Shown one piece after another: positions 37,460-54,000 of a stretch of 64,000 nucleotides of DNA (the stretch's first letter is position 1; each line of letters begins with the position of its first letter). Origin of the DNA: Eledone cirrhosa (taxonomy: Eukaryota); NCBI GenBank assembly GCA_964016885.1, contig OZ024750.1, forward strand, positions 53,072,001-53,136,000, in the 5' to 3' direction. Both the position numbers and the translations under genes were made by a program. Below the pieces are notes generated by a model, which saw only the letters and a program-made list of their open reading frames with translations, searched no databases and was not told the DNA's origin.

Positions 37460-38404
37460 GTAAGTTTCATCTTTCATGCAAGGTGTCCACTCATTTTACT
37501 TTGGCTTTAGTGTCACTATTTTTCATCTTAGTTGATGTTGTTACTCTGTATTATTACTATCAGTCTGGCATGTTGATGTTGTGCCCCCCCCCCCTCTATC
37601 TCTCTACACACAATAATCTTTGCTGTTATGTACTGGTGTTCACCTAAACACATAATTTGTTGTATTTAACATTTGTTTTAATGTGTTTGTGTAGTTATAT
37701 ATTTGTTAGGGGATGTTTTGCTATAGTTATTTAAAATGTAGATAATAAAATGAAAGGTACCTATTGTTTCATTAATTGATAAACTGAAAGTTTGTGAAGG
37801 TGTGTGGCCTAGGGGTTGGATTTAATGATCATAAGGTCATGGGTTTGGTTCCTAGATTGGGTGGTGCATTGTTCTTGAACAAAACAATTTCATGTTACTT
37901 CTCATGATAGGACTTGGGGTCCCTTATCATTAAAACACTCGAGAAACCTCCTACAAGATAAATAGAAGGTAAGCTAAACCCGCATGAGTGTGAGCTGTAA
38001 CCCCTCCGAAACTGAAGGAGTTATTTATTAAAAAAATGTTTTCTAAGTTATTTATAACTCAGTTCAACAAGACAAAGCAATCATATGAGTCCCAGAAAAG
38101 GAAGAATCTTGTCTCTTGTTTTGCTTAAGGCTGCAATAAAACTTAATTTTCCATTGTTTCCTTTTATTGTTGGGTTTTTCCTTTCACTTCAATCCACTTT
38201 GGTTTTGTCTGCCAATTTATATACCTAAAGCAAAACATCCCTGGTGTTATGTTATAATTTTCCATTGAAGATGAATACATCAATTGTATCAGAACTGTTA
38301 ACTCTCTAAAAGTATTTCTAACAGCTTAAGATCTATCTTATGTCACAGATTTGTTCCTTGGAACATTTTGTTTCTTGCTTCTTCTTAGTAGACTTATCTA
38401 AAAA

Positions 38405-38600
38405 GGCGGTGGATTGGCAGTATCGGTAGAGGGTCGGACGCCATGCTTTCCAGCATAGTTACATCCCTTAACAATCTGAGTTCAAATCCCGCTGAGGTTG
38501 ACTTTGCCTTTCATCCTTACAGGGTCGATAAAATAAAGTACCAGTAATGCACTGGGTAATTGCTGGCCTTGTGCCTAAAGTAGAAACAATTATTTATTTT
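38405..38600 (+). mobile_element. tRNA-derived SINE with Nin-like domain
   Basis: GAGTTCAAATCCCGCTGAGGTTGACTTTGCCTTTCATCCTTACAGGGTCGATAAAATAAAGTACCAG. Relatives at 19830-19960, 26810-26930, 36850-37000 and 40988-41395. Confidence 0.85.
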
Positions 38601-38742
38601 TCTATTTGGGAAAATTTCAACATTATTCAGACCAGTAACTCAATGTATCTTGTCCTACTTCACCTTCAAACATTGCATCTTCCTTGGCTGCCCAGGCTTT
38701 TGTTTTCCAATGGTGTTCACTTTTATGCTAATTTTGGTATCT

Positions 38743-38939
38743 TGTCTTGGTCCATTGTGAGTCCATGGCTCAGCCATCTGAGCTGCCATCTCATGTCTTG
38801 GTCCATTGTGAGTCCATGGTTCAGCCACCTGAGCTGCCATCTCATGTCTTGGTCCATTGTGAGTCCATGGCTCAGCCATCTGAGCTGCTATCTCATGTCT
38901 TGGTCCATTGTGAGTCCATGGCTCAGCCATCTGAGCTGC
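38743..38939. repeat. 51-bp minisatellite, ~4 copies
   Basis: Unit TGTCTTGGTCCATTGTGAGTCCATGGCTCAGCCATCTGAGCTGCCATCTCA, containing the hairpin GCTCAG-ccat-CTGAGC. Confidence 0.95.
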
Positions 38940-39354
38940 ATTATTGTATTTCAAGGATCACACTACTGCAATCATAAGGGATAAATAATTATTGGTTTAC
39001 TTTAACTTCTGATTGGTCTATTTGTTATATTTTCATTGGAGACGAAGAGAAGCTATTTTATATTTTATTGTTTCATTACAATTTAACAAAACCCAAAATA
39101 TCGATAAACATTAACATTTAACTTTTAGAATTATATTTATTCTATTTCATATTTATTTTTTGGTAATGAAGAAAATTTTGTATTTTCTTTTAATGTATTC
39201 TGAATAAAGATACACTGGCTATTTCTCAGAAAAGAGATTAAAACGAAATTCAGCATTAGACATAATACAACTGATAATTTTGTATGAAAACTGAACTATA
39301 CCCACCTGTGAAATCCCTCCCATCTATGCATTGTCTTTAGGCATCAACATCATT

Positions 39355-39684
39355 CATCATCATCATCATCATTTTATGTCCGCTTTTCCCTGCTTGCGAG
39401 GGTGGGACAGGAACTGATTCTGGCTTGATTTCTACAGCTGGATGCCCTTCCTAACACCAACTTCATTTACAGTGAGTGCTGGGTGCTTTTTTTGCCGTGG
39501 CACCTACACGACCACTTTGCAGTGGAATGATAGGGACCCCAGTCCCCCCTATCATCTCATATGTACAGCTGAGTAAACTGGAGCAATGTGAAATAAAGTG
39601 TCTTGCTCAAGGAAACAACACATCACCCGGTCTGAGAATTGAACTCACAAGGCCAATGCTCTAACCACTAAGCCATGTGCCTCC
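39355..39684 (-). mobile_element. tRNA-derived SINE with RTE1-type tail
   Basis: Near-identical to 1831-2166, with a small deletion in the tRNA head. Confidence 0.9.
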
Positions 39685-39865
39685 ACTAATACATTATCTG
39701 TATTAATACATTATCTGTATTAATTGAGTACCCAACTGGGCTGCGATGTCTTTACTTCCCACACTTGTGTGCTAAAGATATACTGGCAAGTTTTAGTTTG
39801 GTATATGAAACATATCTCCAGACAAAGTAAACCAAATTTGATCAAAATATCTCAAAATATCTCTT

Positions 39866-40068
39866 TTAACCCTTTCATGACTGTATTTCTAATGAACTTT
39901 GAGGGATTTACTAAAATTATTAATCATTTCATAACTAAGATAGTAACTTAATATAAGGTTTTTATATAAAATTATGTTGGAAGATTTTAATTTAAATCGG
40001 AACCTTTAAAATGGGTGGTTTTATTTTCTAGAACCAGAGCTGGTTTTGGCTGGTAACAATAGGGTTAA
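39866..40068. mobile_element. MITE family 1 copy
   Basis: TTAACCCTTTCATGACTGTATTTCTAATG ... TGGTAACAATAGGGTTAA. Confidence 0.75.
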
Positions 40069-40987
40069 CGATGGTAGAATTGTAAGGTTAAAAATCATTA
40101 GATTAGCTATTATCACTTTTACCTAAGCCTTCTGCAGCCTCTAACAATATTTTCATTCCATTCTAAATAAAGCAACTTTGATAAAGATATGTAATCTTAT
40201 GCATTTGTGCATTTTATAAAAGATTTAACTAACAAACAAAATTCTAGCCTGGGGTTAGTATAGTTCCAGGAATGGTACTGGCACTCAAAGAGTTTAAAGA
40301 AAAAGTCACTTTCTCCTACTTAATTTCATCTCTATAAAATCTGTTGTATTTATCATCTCACAATAACAGACTTTCTCTTAACTCTTTGAATGCTGGTACT
40401 GTTTTTGGTATTTCATTGCTCCAGTCCAGGGTTATACTTTAACCCTTTCATGACTGTATTTCTAATGATCTTACTGCCTATGATTTCTCAACTGGAATTG
40501 TATTTTAAAGACAGAATATCTTTGGTACATAGGAGGTGGGAGGTAGAAGACATACCAGTTATATCTTTGGCACATAAAAGGTGGGAGGTAGAAGACAAAC
40601 CTTGGCACACATGTAGTTGGAGGTAAACAACATAGTGGTATATTTTTGGCACTGAGTTACAAGGAAAGTAATTCAACATTTACATCAGAAATTCAGTTGG
40701 AGTCACCCACTTCTCACAATAACTGTCTTTCTTTTACAGATTTCTTTTTATTAGATGTCAATTTTTTTTAGAAGTTTTACATTTTTTGTAAATTTAATTC
40801 TGGCCAAGTCATGTAGTCTCCACTTGAGAAACAAAAGCCTAATTATGGATGCTGGTATTAGTAAATAGTCTACTGATGTTTTGGGGGAGCTGGCAGTCTT
40901 CTCAGTTATAGTGAAATGTTTAGATTAATATACTTGTGTCAGATAATGTTATATTGCAACCAGTCATGATGATGATGATGATGATTT

Positions 40988-41395
40988 CTAATTTAGACAC
41001 AAGGCCAACCATTTTGTAGGAGGGGAAAGTTGTTTAAATAGACCCCAGTGCATTACTGGTACTTTATCGACCCTGTAAGGATGAAAGGCAAAGTTAACCT
41101 CGACAGGATTTGAACTTGGAACATAAAGGGCCGTAACTCTATGCTGCAAAGCATGTTGTCTGACGCCCAACCAATACTATCAATCCCCCAAAATAATTGT
41201 TTCTACTTCTGGCACAAAGCTAACAATTACCCCAGTGCATTATTGGTACTTTATTTTATCAACCCTGTAAGGATGAAAGGCAAAGTTAACCTCTGCAGGG
41301 TTTGAATCCAGAACGTTAAGGGCCATAACTCTGTGCTGCAGAGCATGGCATCCGACCCTCTACTGATACTGTCAATACACTGTCCTTTATGAAAT
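40988..41395 (-). mobile_element. Two head-to-tail Nin-like SINE copies
   Basis: CCCCAGTGCATTA(C/T)TGGTACTT..CCCTGTAAGGATGAAAGGCAAAGTTAACCTC occurs twice, ~190 bp apart. Confidence 0.85.
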
Positions 41396-42023
41396 AATAA
41401 TAATGTGTAGTTAATGCTTCATCATCATCATCATCATCGTTTAACGTCTATCTTCCATGCTAGCATGGGTGAGACAGATGCTTGTGTTAACTAATTTGGC
41501 CTGCTATGTTTACTTTGTGTATAGTCTTGTACATAAGTTTTTGATGAAGTTTCAAATCGATCAATACTTTCTAATTGATATTGTTAGAATGTGTTCTGTA
41601 GTTTTAGATAAAGTTTTACATAACCTTAAACATCTCATGACCGTATAACTATGATTTTCAAATCATTTTGAAAATAATGAAGAATTTAGAGCATGTTTGG
41701 AACATAAAGGTTTTTATATAAAATTATGATGGAAGGTTTTTAGATATAATCACTTAAACCCTTTAGTTACCATATGTCTATTGAAAGACATTGCCTATGA
41801 TTTGAAAATAATTTCGAAAATAATGATTTAGAGAAATATAGCGAACTTACTTATAAATAAGCTAGTGTTTGCAACATAACTTTAAAGTTCTTATATGGAA
41901 GATTTTTAGATAAATATGAGCACTTTAAAATATAAGTGGTATCAAAAGTGTCTATATGAGAAGTGTAATATCTTCTACTTCATGGAACTGTATTAGCAAG
42001 TCATTCAACAATGCTATTATCTG

Positions 42024-45000
42024 CAGTACTATTATCTCATCACACAAAACAGTACTATTATGTCATCACACAAAACAGTACTATTATCTCATCACACAAA
42101 ACAGTACTATGATCTCATCACACAAAACAGTACTATTATCTCACCACACAAAACAGTACTATTATCTCACCACACACAACAGTACTATTATTTCATCACA
42201 CAAAACAGTACTATTATCTCACCACATACAACAGTACTATTATCTCATCACACACAACAGTACTATTATCTCATCACACACAACAATACTATTATCTCAT
42301 CACACACAACAGTACTATTATCTCATCACACCCAACAGTACTATTATCTCATCACACAAAACAGTACTATTATCTCATCACACACAACAGTAGTATTATC
42401 CCATCACACACAACAGTACTATTATCTCATCACACACAACAGTACTATTATCTCATCACACAAAACAGTACTATTATCTCATCACACAAAACAGTACTAT
42501 TATCTCATCACACAAAACAGTACTATTATCTCATCACACAAAACAGTACTATTATCTCATCACACAAAACAGTACTATCATCTCATCACACAAAACAGTA
42601 CTATTATCTCATCACACACAACAGTACTATTATCTCACCACATACAACAGTACTATTATCTCATCACACACAACAGTACTATTATCTCATCACACACAAT
42701 AATACTATTATCTCATCACACCCAACAGTACTATTATCTCATCACACCCAACAGTACTATTATCTCATCACACCCAACAGTACTATTATCTCATCACACA
42801 AAACAGTACTATTATCTCATCACACACAACAGTACTATTATCCCATCACACACAACAGTACTATTATCTCACCACACAAACAATACTATTATCTCATCAC
42901 ACCCAACAGTACTATTATCTCATCACACAAAACAGTACTATTATCTCATCACACAAAACAGTACTATTATCTCATCACACACAACAGTACTATTATCTCA
43001 TCACACACAACAGTACTATTATCTCATCACACCCAACAGTACTATTATCTCACCACACAAAACAGTACTATTATCTCATCACACACAACAGTACTATTAT
43101 CTCATCACACAAAACAGTACTATTATCTCATCACATAACAGTACTATTATCTCATCACACACAACCGTACTATTATCTCACCACACAAAACAATACTATT
43201 ATCTCATCACACCCAACAGTACTATTATCTCACCACACAAAACAATACTATTATCTCATCACACACAACAGTACTATTATCTCATCACACAAAACAGTAC
43301 TATTATCTCATCACATAACAGTACTATTATCTCATCACACACAACCGTACTATTATCTCACCACACAAAACAATACTATTATCTCATCACACCCAACAGT
43401 ACTATTATCTCACCACACAAAACAATACTATTATCTCATCACACACAACAGTACTATTATCTCATCACACAAAACAGTACTATTATCTCATCACATAACA
43501 GTACTATTATCTCATCACACACAACCGTACTATTATCTCACCACACAAAACAATACTATTATCTCATCACACCCAACAGTACTATTATCTCACCACACAA
43601 AACAATACTATTATCTCATCACACACAACAGTACTATTATCTCATCACACACAACAGTACTATTATCTCATCACACAAAACAGTACTATTATCTCATCAC
43701 ACAAAACAGTACTATTATCTCATCACACAAAACAGTACTATTATCTCATCACACAAAACAGTACTATTATCTCATCACACAAAACAGTACTATCATCTCA
43801 TCACACAAAACAGTACTATTATCTCATCACACAAAACAGTACTATTATCTCATCACACCCAACAGTACTATTATCTCATCACACAAAACAGTACTATTAT
43901 CTCATCACACACAACAGTACTATTATCTCAGCACACACAACAGTACTATTATCTCATCACACAAAACAATACTATTATCTCATCACACAAAACAGTACTA
44001 TTATCTCATCACACAAAACAGTAATATTATCTCATCACACAAAACAGTACTATTATCTCATCACACAAAACAGTACTATTATCTGATCACACAAAACAGT
44101 ACTATTATCTCATCACACAAAACAATACTATTATCTCATCACACAAAACAGTACTATTATCTCATCACACAAAACTACTATTATCTCATCACACAAAACA
44201 GTACTATTATCTCACCACACACAACAGTACTATTATCTCATCACACAAAACAGTACTATTATCTCATCAAACAAAACAGTACTATTATCTCATCACACAA
44301 AACAGTACTATTATCTCATCACACAAAACAGTACTATTATCTCATCACACAAAACAGTACTATTATCTCATCACACAAAACAGTACTATTATCTCATCAC
44401 ACAAAACAGTACTATTATCTCATCACACACAACAGTACTATTATCTCATCACACACAACAGTACTATTATCTCATCACATACAACAGTACTATTATCTCA
44501 CTACACAAAACAGTACTATTATCTCATCACACACAACAGTACGATTATCTCATCACATACAACAGAACTATTATCTCATTACACAAAACAGTACTATTAT
44601 CTCATCACACACAACAGTACTATTATCTCATCACACACAACAGTACTATTATCTCATCACACACAACAATACCATTATCTCATCACACACAACAATACTA
44701 TTATCTCATCACACACAACAGAACTATTATCTCATAACACACAACAGTACTATTATCTCATCACAAACAACAGTACTATTATCTCATCACACACAACCGT
44801 ACTATTATCCCATCACACAAAACAGTACTATCATCTCATCACACAAAACAGTACTATTATCTCATCACACAAAACAGTACTATTATCTCATCACACAAAA
44901 CAGTACTATTATCTCATCACACAAAACTACTATTATCTCATCACACAAAACAGTACTATTATCTCATCACACACAGCAGTACTATTATCTCATCACGCAC

Positions 45001-48000
45001 AACAGTACTATTATCTCATAAACACAAAACAGTACTATTATCTCATCACACAAAACTACTATTATCTCATCACACAAAAGAGTACTATTATCTCATCACA
45101 CGCAACAGTACTATTATCTCATCACACAAAACAGTACTATTATCTCATCACACAAAACAGTACTATTATCTCATCACACAAAACAGTACTATTATCTCAT
45201 CACACAAAACAGTACTATTATCTCATCACACACAACAGTACTATTATCTCATCACACAAAACAGTACTATTATCTCACCATACACAACAGTACTATTATC
45301 TCATCACACACAACAGAACTATTATCTCATCACACACAACAGTACTATTATCTCACCACACAAAACAATACTATTATCTCATCACACCCAACAGTACTAT
45401 TATATCATCACACAAAACTACTATTATCTCCACCCAAAACAGTACTATTATCTCCACAAAACAGTACTATTATCCCATCGCACAAAACTACTATTATCCC
45501 ATCACACAAAACAGTACTATTATCTCATCACACAAAACAGTACTATTATCCCATCAAACAAAACAGTACTATTATCTCCACACAAAACTACTATTATCTC
45601 ATCACACAAAACAGTACTATTATCTCATCACACAAAACAGTACTATTATCTCATCACACAAAACAGTACTATTATCTCATCACACAAAACTACTATTATC
45701 TCATCACACAAAACAGTACTATTATCTCATCACACACAACAGTACTATTATCTCATTATCTCATCCCACACAACAGTACTATTATCTCATCCCACACAAC
45801 AGTACTATTATCTAATCACAGACAATAATACTATTATATCACCACACAAAACAGTACTATTATCTGATAACACAAAACAGTACTATTATCTCATCACACA
45901 AAACAGTACTATTATCTCATCACACACAAAATTACTATTATCTCATCACACACAACATTACTATTATCTCATCACACACAACAATACTATTATCTCATCA
46001 CACACAACAGTACTCTTATCTCATCACACACAACAGTACTATTATCTCATCACACAAAACAGTACTATTATCTCACCACACACAACAGTACTATTATCTC
46101 ACCACACAAAACAGTACTATTATCTCATTACACAAAACAGTACTATTATCTCATTACATAAAACAGTACTATTATCTCCACCCAAAACAGTACTATTATC
46201 TCCACAAAACAGTACTATTATCTCATCACACACAACAGTACTACTATCTCATCACACAAAACTACTATTATCTCCACCCAAAACATGACTATTATCTCCA
46301 CAAAACAGTACTATTATCCCATCGCGCAAAACTACTATTATCCCATCACACAAAACAGTACTATTATCTCATCACACAAAACACTGCTATTATCCCATCA
46401 CACAAAACAGTACTATTATCTCCACAGAAAACTACTATTATCTTATCACACAAAACAGTACTATTATCTCATCACACAAAACAGTACTATTATCCCATCA
46501 CACAAAACAGTACTATTATCTCATCACACAAAACAGTACTATTATCTCATCACACACAACAGTACTATTATCCCATCACACAAAACAGTACTATTATCTC
46601 CACACAAAACTACTATTATCTCATCACACAAAACTACTATTATCTCATCACACACAACAGTACTATTATCTCATCGCACACAACAGTACTATTATCTCAT
46701 CACACACATCAGTACGATTATCTCATCACACACAACAGAACTATTATCTCATTACACAAAACAGTACTATTATCTCATCACACAAAACAGTACTATTATC
46801 TCACCACACACAACAGTACTATTATCTCACCACACAAAACAGTACTATTATCTCATTACACAAAACAGTACTATTATCTCATTACACAAAACAGTACTAT
46901 TATCTCATTACACAAAACAGTACTATTATCTCATCACACAAAACAGTACTATTATATTATCACACCCAACAGTACTATTATCCCATCACACAAAACAGTA
47001 CTATTATCCCATCACAAAAAACAGTACTATTATCTCATCACACCCAACAGTACTATTATCCCATCACACAAAACAGTACTATTATCCCATCACACAAAAC
47101 AGTACTATTATATCATCACACAAAACAGTACTATTATCCCATCACACATAACAGTACTATTATCTAATCACACAAAACAGTACTATCATCTCATCACACA
47201 AAACAGTACTATTATCTCCACAAAATAATACTATTATCTCATCACACAAAACAGTACTATTATCTCATCACACACAACAGTACTATTATCTCATCACACA
47301 AAACAGTACTATTATCTCCACCCAAAACAGTACTATTATCTCCACAAAACAGTACTATTATCTCATAACACAAAACAGTACTATTATCTCATCACACAAA
47401 ACAGTACTATTATCTCATCACACAAAACAGTACTATTATCTCATCACACAAAACAGTACTATTATCTCATCACACACAACAGTACTATTATCCCATCACA
47501 CAAAACAGTACTATTATCTCCACAGAAAACTACTATTATCTCATCACACAAAACTACTATTATCTCATCACACACAACAGTACTATTATCTCATCGCACA
47601 CAACAGTACTATTATCTCATCACACACATCAGTACGATTATCTCATCACACACAACAGAACTATTATCTCATTACACAAAACAGTACTATTATCTCATCA
47701 CACAAAACAGTACTATTATCTCACTACACACAACAGTACTATTATCTCACCAGACAAAACAGTACTATTATCTCATTACACAAAACTACTATTATCTCAT
47801 TACACAAAACAGTACTATTATCCCATCACACAAAACAGTACTATTATATCATCACACCCAACAGTACTATTATCCCATCACACATAACAGTACTATTATC
47901 TCATCACACAAAACAGTACTATTATCTCATCACACAAGACAGTACTATTATCTCCACAAAACAGTACTATTATCTCCACAAAATAATACTATTATCTCAT

Positions 48001-51000
48001 CACACAAAACAGTACTATTATCTCATCACACACAACAGTACTATTATCTCATCACACAAAACAGTACTATTATCTCCACCCAAAACAGTACTATTATCTC
48101 CACAAAACAGTACTATTATCTCATCACACAAAACTACTATTATCCCATCACACAAAACAGTACTACTATCTCCACACAAAACTACTATTATCTCATCACA
48201 CAAAACTACTATTATTTCATCACACAAAACAATACTATTATCTCATTACACACAACAGTACTATAATCTCATCACACAAAACAGTACTATTATCTCATCA
48301 TACAAAACAGTACTATTATCTCATAACACACAACAGTGCTATTATCTCATCACATACAACAGTACTATTATCTCACCACACAAAACAGTACTATTATCTC
48401 ATCACACAAAACAGTACTATTATCTCACCACACCACACACAACAGTACTATTATCTCACCACACAAAACAGTACTATTATCTCATTACACAAAACAGTAC
48501 TATTATCTCATTACACAAAACAGTACTATTATCTCATCACACAAAACAGTACTATTATATCATCACACCCAACAGTTCTATTATCCCATCACACAAAACA
48601 GTACTATTATCCCATCACACAAAACAGTACTATTATCCCATCACACAAAACAGTACTATTATCCCATCACACAAAACAGTACTATTATATCATCACACCC
48701 AACAGTACTATTATCCCATCACACATAACAGTACTATTATCTCATCACACAAAACAGTACTATTATCTCATCACACAAAACAGTAGTATTATCTCCACAA
48801 AACAGTACTATTATCTCCACAAAACAGTACTAGTATCTCATCACACACAACAGTACTATTATCTCATCACACAAAACTACTATTATCTCCACCCAAAACA
48901 GTACTATTATCTCCACAAAACAGTACTATTATCCCATCGCACAAAACTACTATTATCCCATCACACAAAACAGTACTATTATCTTATCACACAAAACAGT
49001 ACTATTATCCCATCACACAAAACAGTACTATTATCTCCACACAAAACTACTATTTTCTCATCACACAAAACAGTACTATTATCTCATCACACAAAACAGT
49101 ACTATTATCTCATCACACAAAACAGTACTATTATCTCATCACACAAAACTACTATTATCTCATCACACAAAACAGTACTATTATCTCATCACACACAACA
49201 GTACTATTATCTCATTATCTCATCCCACACAACAGTACTATTATCTCATCCCACACAACAGTACTATTATCTAATCACAGACAATAATACTATTATATCA
49301 CCACACAAAACAGTACTATTATCTGATAACACAAAACAGTACTATTATCTCATCACACAAAACAGTACTATTATCTCATCACACACAAAATTACTATTAT
49401 CTCATCACACACAACATTACTATTATCTCATCACACACAACAATACTATTATCTCATCACACACAACAGTACTCTTATCTCATCACACACAACAGTACTA
49501 TTATCTCATCACACACAACAGTACTATTATCTCACCACACACAACAGTACTATTATCTCACCACACAAAACAGTACTATTATCTCATTACACAAAACAGT
49601 ACTATTATCTCCACCCAAAACAGTACTATTATCTCCACAAAACAGTACTATTATCTCATCACACACAACAGTACTATTATCTCATCACACAAAACTACTA
49701 TTATCTCCACCCAAAACATTACTATTACCTCCACAAAACAGTACTATTATCCCATCGCACAAAACTACTATTATCCCATCACACAAAACAGTACTATTAT
49801 CTCATCACACAAAACAGTGCTATTATCCCATCACACAAAACAGTACTATTATCTCCACACAAAACTACTATTATCTCATCACACAAAACAGTACTATTAT
49901 CTCATCACACAAAACAGTACTATTATCCCATCACACAAAACAGTACTATTATCTCATCACACAAAACAGTACTATTATCTCATCACACACAACAGTACTA
50001 TTATCCCATCACACAAAACAGTACTATTATCTCCACACAAAACTACTATTTTCTCATCACACAAAACTACTATTATCTCATCACACACAACAGTACTATT
50101 ATCTCATCGCACACAACAGTACTATTATCTCATCGCACACAACAGTACTATTATCTCATCGCACACAACAGTACTATTATCTCATCACACACATCAGTAC
50201 GATTATCTCATTACACACAACAGAACTATTATCTCATTACACAAAACAGTACTATTATCTCATCACACAAAACAGTACTATTATCTCATCACACAAAACA
50301 GTACTATTATATCATCACACCCAACAGTACTATTATTCCATCACACAAAACAGTACTATTATCCCATTACAAAAAACAGTACTATTATCTCATCACACCC
50401 AACAGTCCTATCATCCCATCACACCAAACAGTACTATTATCCCATCACACAAAACAGTACTATTATATCATCACACCCAACAGTACTATTATCCCATCAC
50501 ACATAACAGTACTATTATCTCATCACACAAAACAGTACTATTATCTCATCACACAAAACAGTACTATTATCTCCACAAAACAGTACTATTATCTCCAGAA
50601 AATAATACTATTATCTGATCACACAAAACAGTACTATTATCTCATCACACACAACAGTACTATTATCTCATTACACAAAACAGTACTATTATCTCCACCT
50701 AAAACAGTACTATTATCTCCACAAAACAGTACTATTATCTCATCACACAAAACTACTATTATCCCATCACACAAAACAGTACTATTATCTCCACACAAAA
50801 CTACTATTATCTCATCACACAAAACTACTATTATTTCATCACACAAAACAATACTATTATCTCATTACACACAACAGTACTATAATCTCATCACACAAAA
50901 TAGTACTATTATCTCATCATACAAAACAGTACTATTATCTCATAACACACAACAGTACTATTATCTCATCACATACAACAGTACTATTATCTCACCACAC

Positions 51001-54000
51001 AAAACTGTACTATTATCTCATCACACAAAACAGTACTATTATCTCACCACACACAACAGTACTATTATCTCACCACACAAAACAGTACTATTATCTCATC
51101 ACACAAAACAGTACTATTATCTCATTACACAAAACAGTACTATTATTCCATCACACAAAACAGTACTATTATCCCATCACACAAAACAGTACTATTATCT
51201 CCACAGAAAACTACTATTATCTCATCACACAAAACTACTATTATCTCATCACACACAACAGTACTATTATCTCATCGCACACAACAGTACTATTATCTCA
51301 TCACACACATCAGTACGATTATCTCATCACACACAACAGAACTATTATCTCATTACACAAAACAGTACTATTATCTCATCACACAAAACAGTACTATTAT
51401 CTCACTACACACAACAGTACTATTATCTCACCAGACAAAACAGTACTATTATCTCATTACACAAAACTACTATTATCTCATTACACAAAACAGTACTATT
51501 ATCCCATCACACAAAACAGTACTATTATATCATCACACCCAACAGTACTATTATCCCATCACACATAACAGTACTATTATCTCATCACACAAAACAGTAC
51601 TATTATCTCATCACACAAGACAGTACTATTATCTCCACAAAACAGTACTATTATCTCCACAAAATAATACTATTATCTCATCACACAAAACAGTACTATT
51701 ATCTCATCACACACAACAGTACTATTATCTCATCACACAAAACAGTACTATTATCTCCACCCAAAACAGTACTATTATCTCCACAAAACAGTACTATTAT
51801 CTCATCACACAAAACTACTATTATCCCATCACACAAAACAGTACTACTATCTCCACACAAAACTACTATTATCTCATCACACAAAACTACTATTATTTCA
51901 TCACACAAAACAATACTATTATCTCATTACACACAACAGTACTATAATCTCATCACACAAAACAGTACTATTATCTCATCATACAAAACAGTACTATTAT
52001 CTCATAACACACAACAGTGCTATTATCTCATCACATACAACAGTACTATTATCTCACCACACAAAACAGTACTATTATCTCATCACACAAAACAGTACTA
52101 TTATCTCATTACACAAAACAGTACTATTATCTCATCACACAAAACAGTACTATTATATCATCACACCCAACAGTTCTATTATCCCATCACACAAAACAGT
52201 ACTATTATCCCATCACACAAAACAGTACTATTATCCCATCACACAAAACAGTACTATTATATCATCACACCCAACAGTTCTATTATCCCATCACACAAAA
52301 CAGTACTATTATCCCATCACACAAAACAGTACTATTATCCCATCACACATAACAGTACTATTATCTCATCACACAAAACAGTACTATTATCTCATTACAC
52401 AAAACAGTACTATTATCTCATTACACAAAACAGTACTATTATCTCATCACACAAAACAGTACTATTATATCATCACACCCAACAGTTCTATTATCCCATC
52501 ACACAAAACAGTACTATTATCCCATCACACAAAACAGTACTATTATCCCATCACACAAAACAGTACTATTATCCCATCACACAAAACAGTACTATTATAT
52601 CATCACACCCAACAGTACTATTATCCCATCACACATAACAGTACTATTATCTCATCACACAAAACAGTACTATTATCTCATCACACAAAACAGTAGTATT
52701 ATCTCCACAAAACAGTACTACTATCTCCACAAAACAGTACTAGTATCTCATCACACACAACAGTACTATTATCTCATCACACAAAACTACTATTATCTCC
52801 ACCCAAAACAGTACTATTATCTCCACAAAACAGTACTATTATCCCATCGCACAAAACTACTATTATCCCATCACACAAAACAGTACTATTATCTTATCAC
52901 ACAAAACAGTACTATTATCCCATCACACAAAACAGTACTATTATCTCCACACAAAACTACTATTTTCTCATCACACAAAACAGTACTATTATCTCATCAC
53001 ACAAAACAGTACTATTATCTCATCACACAAAACAGTACTATTATCTCATCACACAAAACTACTATTATCTCATCACACAAAACAGTACTATTATCTCATC
53101 ACACACAACAGTACTATTATCTCATTATCTCATCCCACACAACAGTACTATTATCTCATCCCACACAACAGTACTATTATCTAATCACAGACAATAATAC
53201 TATTATATCACCACACAAAACAGTACTATTATCTGATAACACAAAACAGTACTATTATCTCATCACACAAAACAGTACTATTATCTCATCACACACAAAA
53301 TTACTATTATCTCATCACACACAACATTACTATTATCTCATCACACACAACAATACTATTATCTCATCACACACAACAGTACTCTTATCTCATCACACAC
53401 AACAGTACTATTATCTCATCACACACAACAGTACTATTATCTCACCACACACAACAGTACTATTATCTCACCACACAAAACAGTACTATTATCTCATTAC
53501 ACAAAACAGTACTATTATCTCCACCCAAAACAGTACTATTATCTCCACAAAACAGTACTATTATCTCATCACACACAACAGTACTATTATCTCATCACAC
53601 AAAACTACTATTATCTCCACCCAAAACATTACTATTACCTCCACAAAACAGTACTATTATCCCATCGCACAAAACTACTATTATCCCATCACACAAAACA
53701 GTACTATTATCTCATCACACAAAACAGTGCTATTATCCCATCACACAAAACAGTACTATTATCTCCACACAAAACTACTATTATCTCATCACACAAAACA
53801 GTACTATTATCTCATCACACAAAACAGTACTATTATCCCATCACACAAAACAGTACTATTATCTCATCACACAAAACAGTACTATTATCTCATCACACAC
53901 AACAGTACTATTATCCCATCACACAAAACAGTACTATTATCTCCACACAAAACTACTATTTTCTCATCACACAAAACTACTATTATCTCATCACACACAA

